From the IMG/VR virus record IMGVR_UViG_3300020183_000010: a stretch of 64,000 nt of DNA; one strand, 5' to 3'. The position numbers and the translations under genes are program-made. Positions 50,550 to 59,018 of this stretch are shown one piece after another. Source of the stretch: a virus. How positions within the stretch are numbered: position 1 is the stretch's first letter; every line of letters starts with the position of its first letter. Under the pieces are notes generated by a model, which had not been told where the DNA came from, searched no databases, and saw only the letters and a list, made by a program, of their open reading frames with translations.

Positions 50550-52049
50550 ATGGATTCTTCATTATTGGAAAAGTTTGTTTTTAAAGGCGTAAAAGGAAAG
50601 GAAAGACCTCTGACTGTTGTTATATTAACTACAAAATTAGGAAAAAGTTTAAAGAATGCTCCTAGCACGGATAAAATCATGAAAATATGTGAGGAAAGGG
50701 GGGTTAGATGTATCATAATAGATACTGAAAAAGGAGCAATACAGAAAACAAACAAGGGTACTTTTCTTATCTCTAGCAGGGGAGGAAAACAACAAGAAAT
50801 ATATCTAGACAGAACTATAGTTCTAACTAGAAGATCCTCGATTAAAAATAATGCAGCCAAAGGATTTTTTAAAAAAATGGAAGATCTAGGATTTCCTTGT
50901 GTGAATTCCTATGAATCTGTTATTATATGCGAGGATAAATTACAAACTACGAGAAAACTACAATTAGCTAAAATACCTGTTCCTAGAACAGCTTTAATAT
51001 CTTCTGAAGCAGACATTGATAAAGCTGTAGAGGAAGTTGGCGGGGAATACCCAGTTGTTTGTAAATTTCTTTCAGGAACTAAAGGAATTGGAGTATTTAT
51101 GATAGATTCCAGACCTTCTTTAGTATCTACACTCCAAGCTCTTTGGTATTTAGCTCATGGAACTGAAATAGTACTACAAGAAAAAATAGATGCTGATTAT
51201 GATTTAAGGATTCACGTAGTTGCAGAAAGTGATGGTATGGCTGGTAGAGAATACAAGGTCATAGCAGCTATGAAAAGAATAAAAATAAAAGGGGATTTTA
51301 GAACTAATTTCTCTCTAGGCGGTGATACAGAAAAAGTTAAACTTTCTAAAGAAATAGAAAAAATAGCTATAGAATCTGCAAAGGCAACAGGATGTCTTTG
51401 GTGTGGTGTTGATATAATAGTACAAAAAAATAAAAACGGGGACGGAGAGGAAAAACCTTATGTGTTAGAGGTTAATGCTTCTCCTGGAACAACAGGAATA
51501 GAAAAAACAACGGATATACCAGTTACTGATATGATCGTAGATTTTCTTTTAGATAAGAAAAACTGGGTCAAACCTAAAAAGATCACAGGATTTAGAGAAA
51601 TGATAACGGTATCTGGAATAGGAACATTCGTAGGAAAACTAGACACGGGAAACGGTGCAACTTCTTGTAGTTTACACGCTGATAGTATAGAAGAAGTTGA
51701 TGGAAGTGTTCACTGGAAATTAGGAAACGAGGAATTTGTAAATAAAATCGTAGGACAATCTAAAGCTGAGGTTGGTGAAAAAATTCATCATAGAGCGGTT
51801 GTTAATTTAGATGTTGATTTTAACGGTGTTGTTTATAAGAAAGTTAAATTTTCTCTAGTTGATAGGACAGAAAAGAGTACACCTCTTCTATTAAATAGAG
51901 ATTTCTTAAGCGCTGCTGGTCTTGTGGTTGATCCTTCAGAGGATTTTGTACTTACTGACAGGCCTGAGGGATATTCTCCTAAGGACGCTAAAGGAGATCC
52001 TATAGCTGGAGTTAATGTTATAAAATCAAATGGTAGCTCCTATAAATAA
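50550..52049 (+). CDS. RimK-family ATP-grasp ligase fused to a RimB-like (retropepsin-fold) protease
   Basis: DKLQT, PVVCKFLSGTKGIGV, LQEKI, DLRIHV, FRTNFSLGG, GVDI, LEVNASPG; C-terminal KLDTGN and DRTEKSTPLLLNRDFL; start at ATG 50550 after GATATATA (50538-50545). Confidence 0.85.
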   Translation: MDSSLLEKFVFKGVKGKERPLTVVILTTKLGKSLKNAPSTDKIMKICEERGVRCIIIDTEKGAIQKTNKGTFLISSRGGKQQEIYLDRTIVLTRRSSIKNNAAKGFFKKMEDLGFPCVNSYESVIICEDKLQTTRKLQLAKIPVPRTALISSEADIDKAVEEVGGEYPVVCKFLSGTKGIGVFMIDSRPSLVSTLQALWYLAHGTEIVLQEKIDADYDLRIHVVAESDGMAGREYKVIAAMKRIKIKGDFRTNFSLGGDTEKVKLSKEIEKIAIESAKATGCLWCGVDIIVQKNKNGDGEEKPYVLEVNASPGTTGIEKTTDIPVTDMIVDFLLDKKNWVKPKKITGFREMITVSGIGTFVGKLDTGNGATSCSLHADSIEEVDGSVHWKLGNEEFVNKIVGQSKAEVGEKIHHRAVVNLDVDFNGVVYKKVKFSLVDRTEKSTPLLLNRDFLSAAGLVVDPSEDFVLTDRPEGYSPKDAKGDPIAGVNVIKSNGSSYK

Positions 52050-53441
52050 TCTAACAATATCTTTTCTATAAGATATTTGATCTTCTACTATTTTATTATT
52101 TTTTAATGGAAGCTTTTTTCTTTCTATTACTGAATCAGGAACTAATCCTTTAAAAGTATCTTTTAATATCTTTTTGTTTTTTCTCTCTTCAAAAGGAAGA
52201 CTAATTGCAAATCTAACTATATCATGATTCAAAAAGGGGCTTCTTAATTCCAACGTATGAGCCATAGATAGCTTATCAAGTCTAGGTAAATGATAGTATG
52301 TTAGCTCGTGAAAAATATCTGATTGTTGTGAATCGTATTCGTTTATTCTTCTATATCCACCAAATAGCTCATCCGCTCCATCTCCTGATATTACTATTCT
52401 CGTATTGGAACCTTTTTTAATAGCATCAAATAAATGATATTGGGGTACAACGCTTCCCATGTCAACAGGGGATTCGTTCCATTTTTGATATATCTCTATT
52501 AGATTTTTCTTACCATCCTCGCTTCCCATATCTATATTATAATCCAATCTCTTAGATTTTACGTCCCAATAATACTCACAAGCTTTGACGTATTCCTCAT
52601 CCTCTCCGTTAGATATCGAATAAAAACTTACATCGGCTCCTAATTTTAATAAAAGACCCGCAATTATTGATGAATCTAATCCGCCTGAAAGAAGTAAAGA
52701 AGTTGGGTAATTTTTAGACAACAAACGATTTTCTACGGATTTCTCCATTTTCTCAAATAGCCATTCGCATCTATCGTCATATGTTCTTAGTCCGGCATCA
52801 AAGAAATGAAAATTGTAGTACGGATCCGATACCTCTATTACTGATGGGTAATCCAGGCTCCATTTATAGAATCTATTAGGTTCTAATTTTTTTATGTTCA
52901 CAAATGGAGTCTGTTCCGTTGGTACATATCCAGATTTTATTACGCCAGAGAAAAAAGAATGATCTATTTCTATTTTTTCATTCTTTTCATATAGTCCTTT
53001 TATTTCTGAACATATTTCTCCTTTATCGTTACGGTATAAGCATTTCTTACCTAATGGATCTGTAAAAGCATATATGTCTCTAGTTTTAGTATCTACAAGG
53101 ACAATTGCCCAAAACCCATCCCAAGAAATAACATGTGAATCGTATAGTGATTTAAGTATACCTAATCCACCAAAACGAAAAGTTGAGAATAAATTTTGTA
53201 AATATGCAGTGTCTGAATCATAGTCGCCGTAGTTAAATATCTCGCCATTAAAAAGCAAGAATTTATCGTCCCCTATAGGAATAGGCTGTGACCAAGAATC
53301 TCCATCTACTGTTTGGATAGGTAATCTGTGATGTACCAAACATATATCATCTTTATAAACAACATTATGTTCTATTCCTCTATGAGCTATAGAAAGTATT
53401 CTTTCTTCACTGGGTCTTTTTGCTACTAATATTCCACACAT
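52026..53441 (-). CDS. Asparagine synthetase B-like glutamine amidotransferase
   Basis: N-terminal MCGI, HHRLPI, SQP, FNGEIFN, LSGGLDSS, SGDGADELFGGY, DKLSMAHTLELRSPFL. Confidence 0.9.
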   Translation of the reverse strand: MCGILVAKRPSEERILSIAHRGIEHNVVYKDDICLVHHRLPIQTVDGDSWSQPIPIGDDKFLLFNGEIFNYGDYDSDTAYLQNLFSTFRFGGLGILKSLYDSHVISWDGFWAIVLVDTKTRDIYAFTDPLGKKCLYRNDKGEICSEIKGLYEKNEKIEIDHSFFSGVIKSGYVPTEQTPFVNIKKLEPNRFYKWSLDYPSVIEVSDPYYNFHFFDAGLRTYDDRCEWLFEKMEKSVENRLLSKNYPTSLLLSGGLDSSIIAGLLLKLGADVSFYSISNGEDEEYVKACEYYWDVKSKRLDYNIDMGSEDGKKNLIEIYQKWNESPVDMGSVVPQYHLFDAIKKGSNTRIVISGDGADELFGGYRRINEYDSQQSDIFHELTYYHLPRLDKLSMAHTLELRSPFLNHDIVRFAISLPFEERKNKKILKDTFKGLVPDSVIERKKLPLKNNKIVEDQISYRKDIVRLFIGATI

Positions 53442-53445
53442 ATTT

Positions 53446-53982
53446 TTAAATATTCCTAATTTGTTGTTTAAAGCGCACTACGGACTCTAAATCGAATTTA
53501 TTATCAAAGATCTTAATATTAACTCCAAGGTCTTTTAAAAGCAAATAAAACCTATCAAAAAGCATCTTTTCCTCGTCACCTCTTGAGTCGTCTTGATCCC
53601 AAATATCCTTAGTTCTTTTTTCTTGACATTGGCCATTAACTAAAATAATAGATACCCCATTAAAAAGTCCTCTCCTATTAAAATTTATTAAATCAGTTTC
53701 TGCTTGTTTTATAGTTACTCTTCCTTGAAAAACCCCCCAAACAGAATTAGTAAGTATCCCTCTGTCAACTAACATTTTGGGTATAAACCCTCCACTGTTT
53801 AATTCGTGGAGCATCACTTCTTTTCCTAATCCGAACCAATGTATTTCCTCTGATTGTTTTCCAAAATCCCAAGCGCTAAAATTCGAATTGAAATCAAATT
53901 TAAAAACCGGAAGCTCATTTTGGTTTTGCAGCAAATAAGATTTTCCTGACTTTCTAGGTCCTTCTACAATAATAAGGGGCAT
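53446..53982 (-). CDS. P-loop nucleotide kinase (thymidylate-kinase-like)
   Basis: IIVEGPRKSGKS Walker A and LVDRG motif. Confidence 0.65.
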   Translation of the reverse strand: MPLIIVEGPRKSGKSYLLQNQNELPVFKFDFNSNFSAWDFGKQSEEIHWFGLGKEVMLHELNSGGFIPKMLVDRGILTNSVWGVFQGRVTIKQAETDLINFNRRGLFNGVSIILVNGQCQEKRTKDIWDQDDSRGDEEKMLFDRFYLLLKDLGVNIKIFDNKFDLESVVRFKQQIRNI

Positions 53983-53996
53983 AACCTTTGTTTATG

Positions 53997-54024
53997 ATTA
54001 TACCCCTAATTTAATAAAAATTTC
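53997..54024 (-). promoter_or_regulatory. Putative class-2 promoter GAAA-N18-TATAAT
   Basis: Motif shared with four other non-structural gene starts. Confidence 0.45.
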
Positions 54025-54035
54025 GAATATTTCTA

Positions 54036-56141
54036 CTAGAAATCTGTATCTACGTTATAAGATTTAGTAGTTCCGTCGCTCTTATAGATTGTCCATCTGT
54101 AAGTGTCATTCGATGTACTTCCATAAAGTTTATTGATAAGCTTATCAAATTGGAATCTGTCGCTTGCTGTGGTATTTTTAAGAAGGTTTGTTTTTGCGTT
54201 AGAATTAGATAATTGCTTTATTCTATTTATTGCTGGATTATAATAAGCATCCTCTATAGTTTTACCATACCATTTACTAAAAGCAGCCACTGCTGCATCT
54301 TCATCATCATTAAATGTTCCTTTAAAAGGCTTCCAGAAACTAGATTCCCCAAATTTAGAAACTATCATTTCTGACATTTTAACTAATAATTCGTTGGCTT
54401 TCTTAACCTTATCGAGACTTTCTTTGTCCATAGATAAGCTTTCTGTTATTGTACATTTAACAACATACTCTAGCTTCCAAGCTTTTCCTCCGGGGAAAGT
54501 AACCATTTCCTTAGAAGGATCATATGTACCAGTCCATTGTTTTTTGCCTCCGTCCGTGTTAGTGTAAATAACTTGGTAGTTATTATATAAATGTCCGTAT
54601 GCTTTACCGGAATAGAAAAGTATAACAGGTTCCCCAGTTGCGGTTGTTAACTGAAGTTCTACCTTACTGCTATATTTTTTAAGTTTGGCAAGAAGCGTGT
54701 TCATTTCTTTACCGTCCATCTTCTTAACAGTAGGTGCAGAGGTTGCTTTGCTATACTCGTCCCCATATTGTACATAAGCTTTTCTGATGTATGAGTTGTT
54801 CTCAGATCCTGAAGCATCTAGATTATTCTCCTTAGCCCAATCTGGATATTTTTTATTTACCCATTCTCTAAACTTGTTTCCTTCCTCTTTTGTTTTAAAA
54901 GGCGTTGCAGGAACTGAAGGAACACTACTTTTTGCTGATGATGAAGATTTAGATGATTTAGATGATTTAGATGATTTATCAGGTGAGCTTTCTTTTGCTT
55001 TTTGTATAACTTCAGAAGCTTTCGAAAGATCTATAACAATTTCATCACCGTTTTCCTCATTTATTCTAGATTTCATAAATGAATCAAAAGTTAAAAGCTT
55101 ACTCCAATTATTATCCACGCTTTCTTTTATAGTTATATTTCCTTTTTTTAATTTTCTATAAAAAAGAGGGCTAATATCAGATGTTTTATCTTCCGGAAGT
55201 ATATAACCTTTAATTGATTTTATCAAAAGACCTGTATTAGGCCCGAAAATAGCAGTTATGTTAGGATAATTTTTATAAACCTCTTTCCAGAACTTTTCTG
55301 ATGTAAAAACTTTAGCTTTACCTAACTTGTCGTATATTAATTTCTTAACCTCTATTACTATTTCTGCATCCTTTCCTTTTGGAGTTGTACCTTGTTTAAT
55401 TGTAGATGTTATCTCATCACCAGTGGTTGTATTAGATGAATCATCTTTTTTATCCTCCTTCTTCTTAGGTACGAATTGGGAAAAACTAGCTGCGAAATCA
55501 GTTTGTGCCTCTAAGAAAAATTTCTTTGCGACATTTAATGATTTTTCTATTTTTTGATTAGCTGCAATTACTGGCTGTTCTGCTTGTTCTTTAATTTTAG
55601 CATCGCTCCATTTTTTTAGCATTTCTTCATACTCAGATTCATATTTAGAATAAGAATCTCTAAAAGTTTGTATCTCAGCAGCATTTTCTGATGGTTCTAG
55701 TCTTGATCCTTCAGATTGAGCAGTTTTTTCTGCGTTTCTTTTTAGGCTAATAACTAGTGCTAATAGGGTATCTGCAGATCTAAGTATAGGATCTCCGTAT
55801 TTGGCACCTGCCATTTTATTTTTTATAGTATTAAAGATGTCAATTCTTGTTGCTAATACCTGCCCCCTAAGTAAATCTACCGCTTTAATATATGAATTTA
55901 ATATAAATCGATCTCCTTTATCCCCGACGGTGAATCTACCCTCTAGGCGGTTTTCTCTTCTATCAGATCTGGTCTGTGACTTCCCTGTTGATGTTCTATC
56001 TCCGAAAAGACCTCTTTTCTCTTTTTTTGTTCCTCCTTCTGTGCCGGAACCATCCTCCATTATACGATTGGAAGATTTCATACTTTCTAGAATAGATAAG
56101 AAACTTTTGCTAAAATTTGCCATTTTATATTTTTTTATCAT
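54036..56141 (-). CDS. Putative internal/ejected virion protein (701 aa), multidomain
   Basis: ILES/IKES/INEE candidate cleavage sites, internal KLLTFDSF motif, segment resembling a peptidoglycan-binding helix pair (...FGPNT...). Confidence 0.5.
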   Translation of the reverse strand: MIKKYKMANFSKSFLSILESMKSSNRIMEDGSGTEGGTKKEKRGLFGDRTSTGKSQTRSDRRENRLEGRFTVGDKGDRFILNSYIKAVDLLRGQVLATRIDIFNTIKNKMAGAKYGDPILRSADTLLALVISLKRNAEKTAQSEGSRLEPSENAAEIQTFRDSYSKYESEYEEMLKKWSDAKIKEQAEQPVIAANQKIEKSLNVAKKFFLEAQTDFAASFSQFVPKKKEDKKDDSSNTTTGDEITSTIKQGTTPKGKDAEIVIEVKKLIYDKLGKAKVFTSEKFWKEVYKNYPNITAIFGPNTGLLIKSIKGYILPEDKTSDISPLFYRKLKKGNITIKESVDNNWSKLLTFDSFMKSRINEENGDEIVIDLSKASEVIQKAKESSPDKSSKSSKSSKSSSSAKSSVPSVPATPFKTKEEGNKFREWVNKKYPDWAKENNLDASGSENNSYIRKAYVQYGDEYSKATSAPTVKKMDGKEMNTLLAKLKKYSSKVELQLTTATGEPVILFYSGKAYGHLYNNYQVIYTNTDGGKKQWTGTYDPSKEMVTFPGGKAWKLEYVVKCTITESLSMDKESLDKVKKANELLVKMSEMIVSKFGESSFWKPFKGTFNDDEDAAVAAFSKWYGKTIEDAYYNPAINRIKQLSNSNAKTNLLKNTTASDRFQFDKLINKLYGSTSNDTYRWTIYKSDGTTKSYNVDTDF

Positions 56142-56677
56142 TTTGCTGTACCAGCAGGTAAGGACTGATCTAAAGCTTGTGAGCTAAAAGAAATGAAGTC
56201 ATTAACCGCCTTCTTAACTTCTGGTGATGTATATTCTGTTGAGTACTGTTTAGTATATTCCTCCATAGTTACATCCTTTAATTCGTTTTTTCCCTGCTCT
56301 ATTTTATCGTAAATAGATTGGAGCTTTTCAAAATTCTCTAAATTTCTAATAGCTTGATTTCCTGATATTTGTTTTACTAGATCTTCCATTTTTGATATCA
56401 TTCCATCAAAAAAAGTTTTAATATCTAGACCTTTGTCCTTTTGTTCTTTTAAGTAAGTTGAGAGGCTAGTTAAAAGAGTAGTTTTAACTGTAGCATCTGG
56501 AACAGAATTTACAAAGTATACATATTGGCTATAACATGTTTCCATTATTCTCCTAGCATACTCAACTGCATATTTAATCTTATCAGGAGTACTCTGTTCA
56601 ACGATTCTTTCGTATCTTCTTGCGGAATCTGCAAGAGATTCGAAAAGAGGGTTATATTCTAATCTTCTATTATTCAT
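56138..56677 (-). CDS. Hypothetical helical protein, candidate internal head protein
   Basis: YNPLFES and IVEQ N-terminal sites; duplicated GATATATA upstream. Confidence 0.55.
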   Translation of the reverse strand: MNNRRLEYNPLFESLADSARRYERIVEQSTPDKIKYAVEYARRIMETCYSQYVYFVNSVPDATVKTTLLTSLSTYLKEQKDKGLDIKTFFDGMISKMEDLVKQISGNQAIRNLENFEKLQSIYDKIEQGKNELKDVTMEEYTKQYSTEYTSPEVKKAVNDFISFSSQALDQSLPAGTAK

Positions 56678-56684
56678 TTTTAGA

Positions 56685-56722
56685 TTTTTTATTATATATC
56701 TTATTTTTTATTATATATCTTA
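56685..56722 (-). repeat. Exact 19-bp tandem duplication carrying two GATATATA motifs
   Basis: ttttttattatatatctta x2 (56685-56703, 56704-56722). Confidence 0.85.
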
Positions 56723-57010
56723 TTTTTTGACAGATTCCATCTTCTTAAAAGCAACTGCTTTTTTCTGAAATTCTGCAACTTTTTTTTGCATCTCTATTGC
56801 TTGTTGGTTTAAAGACTCACTTTTTGATAAAGTGCCGTCTTTCTCTCTCTTTTGGAGATTAGCAATAGCTAGATCGATATCAGATATTCTTTTATCTATA
56901 TCCATAATCTGTTTTTCTGCATCGGTTTTTACCTGAAGCTCTTTTGTCTTTTGTTGTGTGCTTTCTTGCTCAAAAACAAATTCGTTAATTCTAAAGAGTC
57001 TGTGTGGCAT
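56720..57010 (-). CDS. Small coiled-coil protein with targeting-like N-terminus
   Basis: RLFRINEFVFEQ followed by heptad-rich helix. Confidence 0.6.
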   Translation of the reverse strand: MPHRLFRINEFVFEQESTQQKTKELQVKTDAEKQIMDIDKRISDIDLAIANLQKREKDGTLSKSESLNQQAIEMQKKVAEFQKKAVAFKKMESVKK

Positions 57011-57872
57011 ATCTTCGGTTTTTCATTTCTCTTTCAATGGTATTTACCCTACCACGAAGTTTGTCTATATTTTTTCTAAGATGATATCTTACGTTCATCT
57101 CTTCTTTTTCTAAAGAAGATAAGATCCAGTCTTGGCCCTGTTTCTCTGCCATTTTTTTATCCCTTCTGATTCTTTCTATTGCTGTTGAATATTTGTCTTC
57201 TAGATCAAAGAAAAAGTCCCTAATTTGTACATAGTACTTATTTAGATTAGTTTCGTCTAGAGATCTAGTAAATGATGCAGCTTCTTTAGAAGGCATATTA
57301 AGAAAACTTAAAACATCGTCGGTCATTTTAGCAGGAACCTCTACGGATGGCATATAAGAAGGTCTTTCTTTATACTCCTCATAAAATGCCGACTTTCTAT
57401 TAGCATCCTTAACCAAAGAATCAAATTCAGCATTTATCTGATTAAGAAATCCTGAATCTGATATTCCTCCCAGATTTTTAAGAAGCTTCTCTTTGGTCTC
57501 TACCTCTATTTTAGCCATTTCGGAAGCAAAAAAAGCTTCTAACTTAGGATCCTCTTCTATTATCGATCTTGCTTCTTTTGCTAAAGAATTTATTTCTTGC
57601 CCTTTAAGAGCAGAATATGTTCTATTTTGTCTTCTTAAATTAGTTAAAGTAAACCTATATTCTGGGCTATTATCTCTAGGTAGGCCTTGTATTTCTTTCT
57701 CTATTGAAATAGTATTAGATACCTCCTCGTGTCTAGCATCTCTTATTTTTTTAAGTATATTTTCGACCTTACCTTTTTTTGATGTAAAAAAGTTTTTAAC
57801 ACCACCCAATAGGGATGAAAGAATCCCTTCATCTAGCCTATCAAATTCTTCTATTTTTTTTATAGATTTCAT
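56991..57872 (-). CDS. Putative internal head protein (paralogue of 57869..58921)
   Basis: MKSIKKIEEFDRLDE-GILSSLLGGVKNFF; helical. Confidence 0.6.
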   Translation of the reverse strand: MKSIKKIEEFDRLDEGILSSLLGGVKNFFTSKKGKVENILKKIRDARHEEVSNTISIEKEIQGLPRDNSPEYRFTLTNLRRQNRTYSALKGQEINSLAKEARSIIEEDPKLEAFFASEMAKIEVETKEKLLKNLGGISDSGFLNQINAEFDSLVKDANRKSAFYEEYKERPSYMPSVEVPAKMTDDVLSFLNMPSKEAASFTRSLDETNLNKYYVQIRDFFFDLEDKYSTAIERIRRDKKMAEKQGQDWILSSLEKEEMNVRYHLRKNIDKLRGRVNTIEREMKNRRYATQTL

Positions 57873-58921
57873 TTTTTTCTAGACGTTATTTTTTTAGCAG
57901 CATCTTCAGCTTCCTCTGCAGTGATTCTTTCCTCTTTGGTTTTCACTAGATTTTTAATTTGCGATGTTAATTCGTTAGACATTCTAATTAGTTCATCTCT
58001 TACATCTTTTCCTAGATTTCCTTGAGGATTTTCACTGGTGATATTTTTGTTGTCGTCTGTGATAACATCAACTATCTCGTGCTGTAAATCCCCTAGTTTT
58101 CTTATTTTAGTATAATGTATATCCCCAGGGAAAGACATTATATCATCCATTCTTTTCTTAAATTTTTGTGGTAATGAAGAGGGATCGTCGTGATCGTGAG
58201 GATTATCGTTGGACGTAACTGTTTGCTTCCTTAGTTTTTCCTCTTGAGCTTTAGCTTTTTTCATAGCTTCGTCTCTTTCTTTTTCTAAATCGCTAAGACT
58301 AACATTAAAGAAATCCTCCAGTTCTTTAGATCTTACTGAGCTCCTAGCAGTTATTGCTTTCTGTTTTTCATATCTGTCAGTTCTAGTCTCTAGTACATCA
58401 TTAGCTCTTTGAGCATTAAAGTATGTTTTTTTCCTGTTACTGTCTTTTGTTAAATCCCTTACTCTCTGTTCTAAAGCGTTAAATATTTCATTATGTGTCT
58501 TTGTTAGTTCCTTCATTCTAATATTTAAAGCATTTCTAGATTGCTGTAGTTCCCTGCTTAGAGATTGGTAGTTAGGATTTTCTCGATCCTTATCTAAAGC
58601 TTTTTGGTCTTCTAACAATCTATAGAACTCTTCGTATATTTGATACTCTTCTCTATTAAATTTAAGCTCTTGTTCTTTCATCTGGGTTAACACAGTTTTT
58701 AATTTACTGATGTCCCCACCAAAAGCTCCACTTAAGAAATTCATTATAGTATCACCTAATCCTTCGTTTAGCTCTGTTAGCTGAGATATTAATTCACCTT
58801 CAGACAAATCATTGAATAGTGGTGATTTAACTAAAATACGAGCAGTTTTATTTACATCTCTTTCGTTTTCCAGAAGTGTTTGTTTTGCTTTTTGGAATTG
58901 GGCTGCATTTTCAAACAACAT
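57869..58921 (-). CDS. Putative internal head protein, coiled coil
   Basis: LFE/LLE/LNE sites, LNE-GLGDTIMNFLSGAFGG; GATATATA at 58938-58945. Confidence 0.6.
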   Translation of the reverse strand: MLFENAAQFQKAKQTLLENERDVNKTARILVKSPLFNDLSEGELISQLTELNEGLGDTIMNFLSGAFGGDISKLKTVLTQMKEQELKFNREEYQIYEEFYRLLEDQKALDKDRENPNYQSLSRELQQSRNALNIRMKELTKTHNEIFNALEQRVRDLTKDSNRKKTYFNAQRANDVLETRTDRYEKQKAITARSSVRSKELEDFFNVSLSDLEKERDEAMKKAKAQEEKLRKQTVTSNDNPHDHDDPSSLPQKFKKRMDDIMSFPGDIHYTKIRKLGDLQHEIVDVITDDNKNITSENPQGNLGKDVRDELIRMSNELTSQIKNLVKTKEERITAEEAEDAAKKITSRKK

Positions 58922-58960
58922 AGTTTATCTTTTATTCTATATATCCAAAAAACTATCTAA

Positions 58961-58993
58961 AATAAAAAAGGGTCTTCCGAAGAAGACCCTTTT
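58961..58993 (-). terminator. Rho-independent terminator after the major capsid gene with cUUCGg tetraloop
   Basis: Minus strand AAAAGGGTCTTC-TTCG-GAAGACCCTTTTTTATT. Confidence 0.9.
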
Positions 58994-59018
58994 GAGTATG
59001 TATCTGTTACAGTTACTA

